A DNA stretch of 64,000 bases from Antedon mediterranea (GCF_964355755.1 NC_092675.1:8427812-8491811), one strand, 5' to 3'; shown: positions 23,501 through 55,397, numbered from the stretch's first letter. Numbers and translations are program-made. The notes: generated by a model not told the origin, from the letters alone.

Positions 23501-26500
23501 AATACAAAAAAATAACGTCTTATACCTTGTAAACAATGTATCTGTGATCGTTTTCTTGTATGATAACGTGTTTTCTGCTTCATTGAAATCAAATATAACA
23601 ACAGCTTCACGGTCTGGAGAATGGTTGACTAAGAACAAAGTCACCTTTCCTTTAAAAAAAATTATATTCAAAATAAAGATATCTGAAGATATTTATGATA
23701 TTTTTTAGTAAATATTATTGGACAAATTTTCTCTGCGACAATCCGTACTTTACGGAGACGTTATATATTCGCAGTGTGCGTACATCATGTGAACAAGATC
23801 GTACATTAACATAATATAATTTTATAACGTAAAGAAAACTTCAATATTATCTGAAACTGAAAAAAAACAAACTCTAACCTGATTTTGGGTCAATCCATGT
23901 AGACATACCATGCGGGTACAAATTAGATCGTTTAAAGTTTACCAACTTAACTTCTTGTACGCCCTTGTCTGGATTGTTGAAATTGTATGTGTACAAATTA
24001 CTAGTAGGAGGTCCATACAAACCCTGTAATATCAGTCATGTAAAAATGTTTAACGATATACACATAGGGCTACATAGAATACCCGACAAACAACCAGTAT
24101 CATGTTTAATGACAACAAACATTATGCAGTATTATGTCTTCTGATAGGAACTTTCATCCCATTATGTGATATAGACATAGGTTCTTCTGATACTATACAG
24201 TTGATTGTACTAAAAAATCGGCTCAAACATTCTATGGATCTTTTCTGTGCATTGGATCGCTTCGCAGTTTAAAAAAAAGATCACACGCACTACTTTAGGA
24301 CGGAATTGCAATCCACATCTATCTAACCAATTTTGCCCGGCTTATACCATGATACTTACGGATGATATAATCGCTATACCACTAGGTAGAGTTGTAATGT
24401 CCTCAGACCCATATTCTAAAAATAAAAAAATATATATATTTTTTAAAACCCATTTTTTAAACAATTCAACCGCTTGTTTGTAACGTTTTGACACACTCGT
24501 CCATTACATTAGGGAACAGACCGCACTCCTTTGACTTCTGTCTTACATTTTTCACAGTTAATAATTGTTCTAATGTTAGTTAATACATTGTTTATTTCAT
24601 TCTTATACATCTCAGTAAAGTCGAACGGCCTTGCATGGTTAATTTAGCACCACTGTCTTAGGCCAAAACATTACACACAATTTCATTCTGTGTATTTCTG
24701 TTGTATTAGAGCAATATAATTGTATATATTGCAAGTAATTTGAGACTAAAATTATAACTTTCTGACTAGTGGTTGCTGAGATATTGATATGACCATTTTC
24801 TTGACCAATGGTAAAAAAAAAGTTCACGGTCATTTTTTGGCAAAAGTTGTTCATTAATGTGAATAGAAATATGTATCTTCTGAGTATTTTGACACCAACT
24901 ACGACCATATCCGCCTAACAATTTCTGAGATATGAAAAGTGTGCTCTAAACCAAAAATGTTTGTGCCGGCTAAATTAATTAAGAACAACATTAAGGGTTT
25001 ATTAACAGTTTTATGATTTTTATTACATTAGAACAAATTATAAACATATACTTTGCGAGTAATTTGAGACCACAATTATCACTTTCTGACCAGTGGTTGC
25101 TGAGATATTCATATGGCCAATTTCTTGACCAGTGGTCAGAAATGGGGTTTCCGTCCTCCACTTTTGTCAAAAGTTTTCCATTAGAGTGAATAGAAATATG
25201 GGTCTTCGGGGTAGTTTGGTAGTAATATTCCAATACACCCAGTAGTTACCAAGTTACGCAAAGTTTTAACTTTGACCATATTGACCTTTTGGACCCTGTA
25301 CTGACCAAGCATCCACATTTTTTCGGCCTACAGCAAAAAATGGATTTGTATTGATATAGGCCTAAGGAAGCAAAAAAACATTATTGGCATAGTTTGCTAG
25401 AGGGTGCAGGTAACCCTATTTCTGGCTCCCCAACTATTTCAAAATCCAGGATTCGACACTTGAAGGGTTTTTAAAATAGTTATATGAAACTCTCCCATTC
25501 CTTTCCCAAAAAGAGTTGCCACGTCCAATCATGCAGTAGTCGTGGAGAATTCCTATCAAGAATTCCTTCCCATTTATTATGCATATTTGTAGTCCACAAA
25601 CTGAACATAATAGTTAATTCTCACATGTGATTTATGCAAATTGTGCATTCCAGAGCGTGACAATGACACTATTCTTATGATCCGTGGTTCAGGTCTTTGC
25701 TAATTAAAATGGCTTTTTAGAACTTAAAATCAAGTAGCTCGTATGATTATTTTATTCGATAAGTTCAATTTATGAGGATCTAGCAGCTCTATTTTCCAAG
25801 ATGTGTGCGACAGTAGGAAGTTGCAAAACAGCAATTTCCTAAATTAACACTCTAAATATCTCTCTTCAAAATATAAGAAAAACAATATTTATTTTCCATT
25901 TTAAAGCAAACAAAAATTAATCAGAAATTAATTAGAGATTCGTACACGGGCTGGAGCTGTGATTACTCAAAACAGAGCATTACCGGATACGCTACAAAGT
26001 ACATGACTGAACAGCTGACAATATTTACTTGCTTCATATTACGTAACTAGGCATATGAATCTGAATTTTTAAAGTAGAGAAGAATCGCATCTGGATATTA
26101 AAACTAATAATTGTGTTGTTTGTGGCTCGCCGCGCTGGAGTGCCCTTCTAGTTTGCCAAGTACTTCACTCAGTTTCTGAGTGGTTTCATTTACTAGTCAT
26201 TGGTTGAAGGTACACTGCTAATTGGTGACAGTGTAGCTTAGGCTGCTTTTGTGCTTTCATGGCAGCTAGTAACTAATGGTATGTTTCTCCTTATGTCGTG
26301 TTTGTTTAATTTGTTGATTTGTATTATATTTTGTAAAATGTATCTTTTGTCTGAATAGATAATAATAAAGGGCAATTAATATAGGTAATAATAGATGAAG
26401 TATAGTTAAAATACTCACCAATCGGAGGAAGTTTGCGACAAGGTCCCGGAGCATGGTCAAACAATGTTTTGTGAAATCCAAAACCAACTCTATGTAATGA

Positions 26501-27001
26501 TAATAGAATAATAAATCCATATAGCGTGTACGTTTATTCAAATGTTTCCCGGATCCCCGTCTATGCGTTTGTTAATCACGGGACTATTTTGTAAATTACC
26601 GTTTCCTATCATCACATAGGACAACTATTGGACATGCTCTATACAACATTTAGAAACAAGACGCTTATAGTAGTATAATATTTAAACTCGTTTCAGATTT
26701 TTGATATGATTTTTTTCTCGTATAAATTGTATGTAAAACAAGAAACTGTTATACACCGTACACATACAACGGTGTACCCGCAAAACTTCTGATTCTGCGC
26801 CAGTCCTAGTATAGTGTAGGCCTATATACCAAAGCAGATAAGGTGACAATTGTCTAGTAACTAAACATAATTGTTATAACATATGGCAGAATCGTTTTTA
26901 AAATAATATACTTCAGTACTAGATACTTACACAACATACATAATACGCTGTACAAGCAAAACTAATCCAGCAAACAGAATACATTTCAACATAGGTGTCA
27001 T
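20557..27001 (-). CDS. PON: Serum paraoxonase/arylesterase family lactonase
   Basis: Nine exons (approx. 27001-26931, 26489-26419, 24415-24360, 24023-23880, 23649-23526, 22599-22402, 21795-21714, 21599-21471, 20724-20557). N-terminal hydrophobic helix, then GSED, YPHG, VNH, LNDV, ANGINISPD, PDNI and GCHP motifs, plus the N- and C-terminal Cys of the PON disulfide. The start could be 26992. Confidence 0.93.
22127..22370. mobile_element. Decayed short repeat with a Kolobok-like end, copy 1
   Basis: Shares TAATCTTCATTTTTCATGTTTTTGGGGAACAATACATCTTTAA and upstream sequence with 59416-59652; ends in CT|TTAA. Confidence 0.6.
22901..23296 (+). mobile_element. tRNA-headed SINE with a Deu/Nin-like central domain and A-rich tail, in a PON intron
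   Basis: Closing stem GAGCGAGT...ACTCGCTC, A-box TGGCCGAGCGG and B-box GGTTCGAGGCC. Body CTTCTCGGATAAGGACTATAAACCGTAGGTCC...TTAAAGAACCCAG...TCGAAAAAGAGTAGGGG...CCCCGGTG resembles the Deu/Nin domain. About 60 bp of (AnT)n tail. Confidence 0.85.
24657..25366. repeat. Probable non-autonomous DNA element with an internal ~180-bp diverged direct repeat
   Basis: AGTAATTTGAGAC...AGTGGTTGCTGAGATATT...TTTCTTGACCA...GTGAATAGAAATATG occurs at ~24730-24875 and ~25055-25200; short CTTAGGCC / GGCCTAAG ends. Confidence 0.55.
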
Positions 27002-27622
27002 TGTAGGCTCTTTTCGACTGTGATGTGCTGCAATCGAGGACGTGTTGTTGTATTCTGGATCAACCAGCAGATTTCACTGATCTACAAAACGTGCATAAAA
27101 TCGATTATCTATAGTTAATAAACGGGAAGCGGAAATCATATACATAGTATAATCAGACAGAATAATGATTTTGTCTATTATACAGGGAGGTTTCATAGTC
27201 TCTCCACTAATGGTGTTAATTACAATACTATGACCCTAACCCTTATATTTATGACGAGGAAAATACCTTTTCCATATGTAGACCTACCCCTTTTTATATG
27301 GAGTAAATAAAGATTGGGTTTTGATTAAGTTTGATACAGCACTCTTATCAATGATATAGAGGTTGAAATTAGAGATTAACAGTAGGCCCTAATATTCATT
27401 TTTGTTCCATATACACGCCCATATGCAGCATTTATAATGGGGGGGGGGGGGGCTGCGAGCGAAGCGAGCAACAATGACTGGGGGCCAGGGGGCCGCCAAG
27501 GGCCCCCGGTCAGGGTCCAGGGGCCGAAGGTCCTGGCAAAATTTGCCTTATTTGACGTTCTAAAGACTGATTTAAGACTCTCTGTTGTGGCTTGGGCTAG
27601 TTGAACGATGGACACCAACTTA

Positions 27623-28201
27623 TAAGCGGAGTTCCAATAGCTTGTTTAGAGAGCTCCCATTGCCATGTTTCTACACACTCAGCACACCAACTTTTTTTGA
27701 TAGCTACTACCCTTAGACACAATAATCACGAGGTGTGCCGTTGCAAATTTACTGCGGCCATCTTGAAATCCAAGATGGCGGAAAAAATGGCCGCCATTTT
27801 ATAGTGATGCACTTTATTGTTCATAACTTAATAAATATTTGATGTATTTTGTTGACATTAATGTTGATTAATAGCTAATTACATTATCTATTCAATAAAA
27901 TATTTTTATTTCAACTTTATTGAAATTAAATTACTTTTTTTAAGCAAAAATGCAGAATTTTAGCAAAAAAATTAGCAAAATCTGTGATATACGATATTTA
28001 TTATGTTAATTAAGGCAAGAAGCCATAATTATTTTTTTTTTCAGATATGCAAAAAACCGCAGTAAATTTGCAACGGCACACCTTGTGATTATTGTGCCTA
28101 AGGGTATTAGCTAACAAAAAAAGTTGGTGTGCTGAGTGTGTAGAAACATGGCAATGGGACATGTTAACGAAGCATCATTTTGGCACTTGGACCTCCGCTT
28201 A
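27623..28201. mobile_element. Non-autonomous DNA transposon with ~100-bp subterminal inverted repeats and a TTA target duplication
   Basis: Ends TAAGCGGAG / CTCCGCTTA with TTA at 27620-27622 and 28202-28204. Arms 27655-27757 and 28057-28159 are near-perfect reverse complements. It sits among GC-rich MITE remnants (27420-27600, 28520-28608). Confidence 0.85.
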
Positions 28202-31200
28202 TTAACGCTTTCATGATGAGGCCAACTCAGACAGCGTCCCTTGTTTAGGCGCCGTATTCGATAGTGTCTGTATTTCCCGCAAACACTTTACCGCGTACCG
28301 CGTACATGAAGCGCTAAGCTATTGCTTGTCGTCACATGATCGACTGCGCATGTTTTACATCAAGTTTGTAGTCAGTTCAGATTCCGTAATTTAATTACCG
28401 GTATTTTTTCATTTTATATTAGCATATTTTTGTTTGTATACCATTGATAATGTAAATTTTGTATATATATATAATGATATTGTCTTTAGTTAAACAAGAC
28501 AAGAAAAAATACCAACCGAGGAAATAGTGGACCTTTTGGGACTTGGGGGGGGGGGGGGAGGGGGCGTCTGCACCCAACGCACCCCCCCCCCCCCCTGGAT
28601 ACGGGCCTGATATAACCAATCCTATTCAAGTTAAGAGAAGCTGATAGCAAAAAGAAAAAGCGTATAGTAACAAACAAATTCGTACAAAAACAAAACAAAT
28701 TTATTAAAAATAACATCTTGGGATTATATGTTTGTTTAGGGTTTAATTATTCTACGCAAGTGCCTTTTTAATTGTTCAAATTATGCAGTATTTGGGCGCT
28801 GAGGATTGGTGTGTTAACGTTTTGTGTAGTGTATGAGTATTTTGTCCAGTTCCGAATTGTTAATATCAAGCCATTGAGTTTTCCCTTAAAATAATGTTCC
28901 CCCTCAGAGTATTGACTAAAACTTATTGGAAAAGCGGAGGCACATGACGAGTTTGCTGATAACTCTTGTACCCTTGATTGTAATGACTTTTGCGGTATTT
29001 ATCGCTTGACTACACGTCGCTGAAGAGTTTCTGCTGGTCATTTTAATATGCATTATTTTTCAAATGTAGCTTATACCTTCCAATACAATTCCTGTCATTT
29101 GATACACCATGGATGCACCCGTGCAGTAGGAAAAAGTTGTATAACGAACAACTGTAAAATCCGTCCGGTTCTTTGTTATATAGTTATATAAGCAAAGATA
29201 TCCTCCAGGGTGGATTTAAAATTAAATAAATTACAAGACTATTTTGGTTACCAATACATTTATTGTGCAATTACTATTGTAGCCAATGAACAAATATGAT
29301 ATGCCTATAAAAGGGCACTCTATACTCTAGTAAATAGGTGTCATAATGGCCATTAATGAATATTTATACGCTCTATTTAACGCTACAGACCGGTGAACTG
29401 GGCTGTAGGAACATTGTAGTATTATAGTCTGTTTATGTTCTTACACAAGAAAGTAAGTATTGTATTAAAGTACCACAGAACAAGAATAATATTTTGTTTA
29501 ATCTTGTAATTTCGTACATATCACCTTGCACAATATCATATCGTACAAAACAGGTCTTTTTTCCGTACAAGTTCCCCCCATTCGTTTCAGAGCTACTTAC
29601 CTAGCAGCTCTAATTTTCAAGAATTTTCTTTTTTTTGTGTCCATTTCAAATTAAGTGATTTTCGGTCATCGAGCAGCTATTTTTTTCCCTAAAATTTGTC
29701 TTACCTCAACCCCGGCCATGGTGGGGCTGAGGTCCTGGAGACACTATATATTTTTTTTCATATTTTCAATTGTGCCATTTCCGGGCATCAGCCCTAGTTT
29801 TTAAAAATAAATTGTCTTACCTCCTGGAGACACAAACACATGTTTATTTCATATTTGAAATTAATTGCCATTTCCGGCCCCATCGAGCAGGCTCTCTATT
29901 TTCCAAATTGTCTTCAGCCTCAACTATGGTGGGGCTGAGGTCCTGAAGACATTAATATATTTTCTATTTTAATATTCGTGTGCTATTTCCGAACTCAAAA
30001 CTGGCTGTGATAGGCCTACTAATAAAAGGTTTTCTTCTTTTTTTTTGTCGGATTGATATCGTTTGAAACAATTAGTGTACCGGTACCATTTTCGCACCCA
30101 AAATATTGCGAGAAATGATTAATGTTAGTTACACAAACTAAAAATATAAATTTTGAAGAACATAGTCCCTATTTTGTTGGTTTTACAGACACTTTTTAGG
30201 TATGCAACCGTTGGTGGCGCTACTTAGGGACACATTTTTGGGAATTTGGCATTCACATTATTTAGCCCAATCTGGAATTATTTGAGACACAGGCTATAAC
30301 GACATAATTTAAATTTTATCGCTGGCAACGCTGCAAACAACAACCAACACTTACGCACTCTATCGTCGACGACTACTCTCTCTCGAGCTGCTGTGGTGGG
30401 GTGCCAATGAAAACATCACACACCACGCTTTCGAAAAGCCAATTCTTTTTCTTACTTTTATGGTGTAAAAATATAATTCTACAAGTAGCCTAGGCCTAGT
30501 GGGTAAGTTTAGTATTTTAAAATAATTAAAAAACAATCTTCTATTGTTCTTTTCATGTATAATATTAATAAGCTTAGTAATACTAGTGTGTAGGATCGGA
30601 GGAGGGATGTCATCGATCGGCGATTAGGCTCTAGGCTAGTAGGGCCAGGCCTAGCCTAGCTCCTAGCTAGGCCTACTCCTTTCTGGGCTAGGCCTAGCCT
30701 AGTCTCTAGACTAAAGGCAAGATAATAGGTAGCGACTAGCAAAACCGATAGAGGGCAGCAGATATTTAAAGGGAATAGAAAAGTGTGACCCTTAAAGCCT
30801 GTTTACTTGTCGTATTTAAAATCGTTAAAGTTAAAAATACCGATGATCAAGCCGGACCGCTAATATTTACACATTTATGGTTTCTTGGTTGTTTCGAGCG
30901 TTCGTCGTACATGCGGATGTGAAGTGTTGCAAAACCAAGGCAAGGCCGGCCACCATGCACGCGCAGCCTGGCCCGCTTCAAAATTGAGTTATGGGTTTTG
31001 ATGCTTCAACACAGTTTCTTTTATTTAGAATAACTGAAAATTTGACTTCATATGTAAATTTCAGCTCACTGGAAAACTGAAGATGAACATTTATTAGTGT
31101 ATTTATTAGTCTATTCTACACTAAATGGATAAAAAAGTTTTAAATTATTTTACCAATTTTAATTAATAGCTACTTAAATAGTTGTAACGGACGTTACATA

Positions 31201-31728
31201 ATAGGTGTCACGGATGTGACACTGACAGACAATCAATACTGGCTATGTATGAGTGCTTAATACGGATTAAAAATGGATAGCAACATTAAAATATTTTTCA
31301 AAAGACAAAAATTGTGTATTATGACTACTTACACGATTATAACTTTTTAGTGGGCTACAAACAAGCCTTTGCCCAGATTATTAAAAAAGTTCCTACAGGT
31401 TCAACACAAAAATTGTTGACTTGACCCAACAACTAAGATGATGCGCTATGTTACGTTTAGACAATGTGTACTTGGGTAAATGATAAAAGTTTCTGAAGGC
31501 TAGAAATGATTTTATATGCATAGTAGTCTGGTAAACATTTGATGGGATTTTTCCCAAGAACATGAAAACTTGTCTTGATATGATAGGCTAGGCTAGGTTC
31601 TCCGCAAATCAAACATTGAATGGATCATTTATTAATTATGCGGAGATAATTTGATTTAATTCCCACACAGACCCTGTCCTGTGTGATGGTGTAGCTCTGT
31701 TGTGTGCCAGTGGTGATATGTACCTTAT

Positions 31729-33214
31729 CTGGGGTAGCACTAACATTTCATTTTGTTTAGCCATTTGGCGAAAGTCAAAATATTTTTTTTAGTCAAATCA
31801 TTTTAGCTATAGCCAAAATGGCTAAAGTCAAATTTTTTTTATTTAGCCAAATGAATCGTTTTATAGCCAAAATTTAAAATTTTTGAAATATAGTGGTCAA
31901 AACATTTTAGTCAATTTATCTATGTCAACAGGTCTATACACTGTTCCCTGAACATTTTTGTAAGGCATTGAGATAAAGAGCCATGCCTAAATCACTGTAT
32001 GATTAAAAAAAATATTTTTTTTGGTATTTTTTTTACATGATCAAAACAATTGTTCAAATTGTTTTTAATCATACAGCATTTATATACAGTTATCAATTTA
32101 ATAAGAAACATTTTACAGTTTTCTGAAATCCCCTGAACGCTATGTTACTTTTGTTTTTTACGCTTGGCTGGTCATGTTTGCGTGTGACGGCTTCCATGGC
32201 GTACCAGGCGAAAATCGTGTCCTAGAATCACTCAGAATTACCGCCGCGCAGCGGGTTAATGTTTTTAAATTGGGTATGCTCAAGAGGTGAGAAAGTGCAG
32301 AACCGCCGACCTAGGCCTACAAAATTATGTACAACAACGCAACGGTATATCGTATGCTAAAAATATTGAGGAAAATTCCTAGCAAACGAACACTCGTATC
32401 GTTGTTAAACGTAAGATAATATAGGCCAAAGCACAGAGTACACGTCTTTCCATCCCTCAAGGCTGCGCCGAAGCGTTTCTGTCAGGGCGAGAAATTTATC
32501 CGATTATTATTTATTTACACAACAACACAGAAGCCGGCGGCCGGTCCCGCTCAGATGCACGTGTGTGTTTAGCTAAATCCCCGTTAGACACTACCATTTC
32601 CCGCATGTTGTTTTGTTTACACTGACGCACGAGGGAAGTTTATTAAGGCTAAAATATGAAACATTAAATTGGAAGACTCTAAAATGCATAACGCATACAT
32701 TTTTTATTTCGATAAGATTAAGACGTCATTCATCAAAGATACTGTAATGTTTCTTTTTAATCTGAAAAGTACACCCCTATCGAAAAATAGACAATCCCGG
32801 TAATTAGCCGACCGGCCGTCGGCTACGTAGTCGATCGTTTGTGCAGCGCACAACACGTGATAGTTTGGGTAGACTTCATCATCCATGTGTCGTGTAACGT
32901 CTGTCTCTCTGTGCAGTCTACCTCTGCTATCTCCATCTTTTTTAAATAACAAAGAGACGCCTGGTACAACGAAACAAGTTGACGAAAAATGGAGCTTGAA
33001 GTATAGTAAACAACGTGATAACGAACAAAATAAATGCTTGGAGATCGACAAATGGACCTTTTAGTTGGACTTTATGCTTTCGCCAAAATGATTATTTAAT
33101 TATCTATTTTATCATATGTCATCGCCAAAATGGCTAAAGTAGCCGTTTTATTTTTCGCCAATCTAGAAATGTTTTCGCCCATGGCGACTTGGCGATCGGC
33201 CAGTGCGAGCCTAG
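31729..33214. mobile_element. Decayed hAT-like non-autonomous element upstream of Piwi
   Basis: Imperfect TIR CTGGGGTAGCACT vs CTAGGCTCGCACT (rc); repeated GCCAAAATGG/TTCGCCA motifs clustered at both ends; no convincing TSD. Confidence 0.45.
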
Positions 33215-36200
33215 CTTATTGGCGTTTTATTTGGGAGGTCATACACGGGTTGAGTAGGTCTACGAAGGAGGAGGACTAAACAATTAATAAACAAAACAAC
33301 TTGGCAACACGATTTTATATTTCAGTTATATACTGATACATTCAGCACTTTTATGTACTCGATCTTTTTCATATTTACATACCGCCCGTCCCATATGATA
33401 ACCTACGTCATTCTTATCAGATATTTGCAGTCTGCAAATCGATTTCTATACGTGTTTCACAAGTCTGTATTTTCAGACAAAAGTCGAAATAAAAACAAAT
33501 AAATAAAAAAAAGACAATAAATACAGACTTGGGAGTTTTCCGGCTTTCTAATGATATAACACAAGTTGATTCAACAACATTCTAGTTTTTACCTTATGGT
33601 AGCAGTTAACAAGGAATTGCCCACAATACAAACATTAAATTTAATTGTTTTGATATTATAATTTAGTTTAACTTACACTTCTTATTTGGAAAAAAAGGTG
33701 AAAAACATTGTTGCATTCAAGAATTGTTAGCACATACAGTACCTATTTTTCCACAAATAAACCATCGTGATTGATAGCCATAAAATTGTGGAGAGTAGGC
33801 ACGCTTGAATTAGGGATAACGATGTAAAAGTTGTTAATTTTCAACCAAATTAGACATTCCTGTGTTAGCCTAGTATTTTGTATCAATATTGCAATAAAGA
33901 AAAAATCACAAAAATCTGACTTGTGGTTTTCAATATAGACCTAGTAGGATCTACTCTACGACATTGTCGAAAAGGATCATTTTTAGCCAGGAACGATGTA
34001 CTGTAAGAGTATTTTTTTGTCACGGACATCACACGGTAGAAAGTTTGAATTGTTACTATCTAGCGAACGAATCTATGAAAACATTTTTTGGTTGAATTAT
34101 TACTTATATATTGAAGTTTAAGTATAATACTTAATAGGTATAAAAAATGTGTAAAAAAAATGTTTCAAAGTTACTGTAAATGCTGAATATGTTAGCGTCA
34201 CAGACTCTACTGTACATGATCGCGACATGACACATGATGGTCAGTTTAACTGATTTCAGATGCCGTTTTAACCTATTTAGTCACTTTACTATTTTGCACT
34301 ATTGAAAAGCAGCAAGCAACAAACGTCAAGCTTATTGTAACTGGTTTCGGAAGTGTTTACAATATTGACAGCTAAGAACCAAGCAGCGGTGGTGTTCACA
34401 TTCAGATTATTTTCGCCGTTATCGCCTGTAAGACCTGCTGTTGGGTGTTCATCAGGACATGTCACGTCAGTGGTGCATCGACATGGGGGGCTAGCTTTAG
34501 TAGTAAACTAGCCTAGACAAGTTAAGCGCCTTGCGGTGTCACAGCTAATTTCTAGCTAACATTACATGGAAGATTTGCTGTGATGTTTGGGATTAAATCC
34601 AAAGATTGAAAAAATGTAATATGAAAGGACTGGAATAAATTAAATAAATAATTAAGAAGAGCCAATAGGATTATATATAAAATGTAAATAAAACTATGTA
34701 TTGACAATAATAAGCTAGTAGGCCTACATCCATAATAAAAATATATAAGGCCTAGCCCAAAATACAATTGAATTTATGACGTGAATTGTTTTTTACTTGT
34801 CTATTTTACTATAGAATAAACAATTGCAGAACACTTTACTTTTGAATAATAATGTAAAATGGATGAGCTTTATTTTGATGTGTGACCTTTCAACATTGTG
34901 CAGCGAACTGGCGATCAAAATTTGGTCAAACTTGGCCACTTTCAACTGAATTTATGCAAAATTTAGCGTAGATCGTGAATAAATCGTTAGGCATAAGGAA
35001 AATGCATGTTTTTAAAACTCATAACTTTATGTATTCTTAAATAGTGAAATATTTTGAAAATGCAAAAACATGTAATGGGTAGTCGATTTGGACGTACTGT
35101 ATTTTGACTGATTACGTAAATTTCTAATTGCCGACAAAGAGAGGGTTTTGCCAGACCGGGTCACAATTAATCCTTCATATATCACATATTTAGATTTTTG
35201 TTTTAAGTGTCAAATCCTTAATAAAAATGTTTTTTTTATTGATATTTTATTGTATATAAGCTGTGTCACAGAGATTACATTTATATAACGAACATTACAA
35301 ATTTGTCTATTCCACAATTGTACCTAATAAAAACAAAACAATTTTAAACCTTTAATTCATAAGCCTGTGTTCAAAATGTGTTTAGTAAGTAAACACGGGC
35401 AAATTCCACAAAATTAAGATTGCCAGCCTTGAAATCCAATGTTTGGAATCGGGTTCTTTGAATCGTATGTTCATAAGCTCTAAGTAACCATTTTCACTTT
35501 AAATACTTTTACAGAAAACTGAGATTTTTGGCATAACCAATTTCACAGGCTATTACTATATTAGCTGCCTTTAAAAATGTTAGTGATGCGTACCAGCTAT
35601 GCCTGTGCATGATGGCTGCCAACGTTCATTGATGACATCGCTAACTTCTTAAATGTTTACTATGATACCAACATGAGTATTATTCTTTCAAAAACCTTAA
35701 AAGCTTCTTGTTCAAATGCAAATTTGGCTTTTGAAGAATTGCTTATTTTTGTAATAGGCTGTTTATAATGACGCCCAGTATTTAAACAAAAGCATTTCTT
35801 AGGCCTTTGTTTCACAAATTAACAGCCATCCATCAACTGCCATGTCAAGCACACATGTGTGACATTGTATTGCACATGCCACAATATGTGTCAGTAGAGT
35901 TGGGCAGTGAGTGTCCACCCACTAGGTGAAAAGGACATTACTCTAAAAAGATTTTTACATGCAAATGTCAGTGAAACATTTGTAGTGGAGAAAAAGTCAA
36001 ATTTATTAACAAAATTATCGTAGGCCTAGGTGGCTAGGCTATACCATTGCCCATTGTTTATTACTGAACATATGCTGGTAGGTAGGCCTGGCCTAGAAAA
36101 CTTTGTGTTGGATATCCCAGATGGTGTACTTTTTGTACAACTTAATATTAGCTTATAGCACACCCTCAATTGTTTACCCGAAATTTCTTGTTTTTTTTTT

Positions 36201-36546
36201 TCAATTAGAGAACTCTGAATTCATTCAGTAGAGAGAGACCATGTGAGAGAAAACATTCCGCTGTGGGTGATTCACATCCACCAATCAAATAGCCAAAAGT
36301 CATGCAACCGTGAACTCTACCGATCACGGGAAAGCTCAGCTTTGATTGGCTTACACAATGACATCATAACAAAATAAAAGCAGCTACAAACTTGTCATCT
36401 CCTAGCCTATGCAGGATTTTAAGGCAGCGTTTGCATTATCCATGCTTCTAAAGGCTACAGTAGTTGTCGCCCTGTTATCCTGCAGTAAATAACCTATAAT
36501 TATTTTTTTATTTTAATTCTCAGTTGGGAACCACAGTTTTTGAAGA

Positions 36547-54148
<17,602 letters not shown>

Positions 54149-55287
54149 GTACTACTGGTATTTTAAAAGTGGAAGATGATGATGAAGTGGGGAACAGTAG
54201 TTACTTATAGTTAGTTACAAATTATTCTTTTTGTAGGTACTATTTTGACAGTGGAACTATTTCAAGATGTTACTGTTACTAGTTTATGTTATTAGTAAAA
54301 TGATTTACTTTTTAATGCTTTGCAAATTAATTTCAAGTAAAATGTATGCATCATTAGTTAACTCTATTAACTTGCATCTAAAACCATGCAAGTTGTTGCA
54401 AATTTGTAACTATGTCTGTCAATTATTTTATTGTGAACCTTCAGATACAAAATTGGACATCAAAGTAGAGATGCAGACAAGTATTCATATATACTCTTGA
54501 CCCGATTTGTTGCATTTTGCATATACTACAGATGTAGGTAATTCCTTAAGTATTATAGAACCAATAGGACCAAATTTACCAGTGAATGTTTGCCTCAGCT
54601 TTTAATTATAAAAGGCTTGAAATTGTATTTTGGTTTTGCAAAATCATTTTAAAAAGTGTAAAGAGTGTGTAAAGTATAGTGCTGCTTATTTTATACTTTA
54701 TTACTACTTTTGATGTTGATACATTTTAACTGAAGTTGTACACTAAATATTAAGCCAATGCAGCATCGTACCAACTTTTAATATAATGTAAAGTTCATTT
54801 ATAGCTTTTTAAAAGTGTTTTTTTTGTGTATTCAGTTTTAGTATTACTGTGTAAGATGCAGTTTGTTTTCTAATAAGACTAAGTATAGGTACAGACGAAA
54901 AGAAAGATTATATTTTAATACTGTTTTTAGAAAAGAGTTTGTTTTCATGTTAACTAACATTACAAAAACTATATTTGTGATTTGATGGATTTAATGTTGG
55001 TTTGAAATTTTGATTGGAAAACAAAATCTAGAATATTCGGTACCTAAATGTGTTTTTTTTTTACACACTACCATAAACATTCCAGCGGCAGTTGACTGCA
55101 AACAATAGTACAGTATTATTCACTGTATTATGTTATCATTTGTAGGTGTAGAAAGCATATATTTATATTTTCTTATCAACCTATCAATTTGCTCATTTAA
55201 TATAATGTATTTTGTTAGTTGTTAAACCACTTTTTTTATGTTTTTCAAATTGGTGCTCAGTTTTATAGTAATTTTAGTGTTAGTGAT

Positions 55288-55307
55288 AATAAAAATAATT
55301 TAATAAA
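55288..55307 (+). terminator. Candidate Piwi polyadenylation signals
   Basis: Two AATAAA (55288, 55302) about 1.15 kb after the stop, followed by T/GT-rich sequence. The opposing cadherin B signal is probably TTTATT at ~55837. Confidence 0.45.
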
Positions 55308-55397
55308 AGTGAAATGAAGTGGTATATGACCTTTTTCTGGTTAATGGCTGAAATAATTTTGTAAGGATGTGTTACACAGTGTGTTCTGATCCAACAT

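Noticed and set aside
32704-33051. 115-aa ORF as a transposase remnant
   Set aside because: Non-ATG start and no recognisable motif; it lies in a decayed element.
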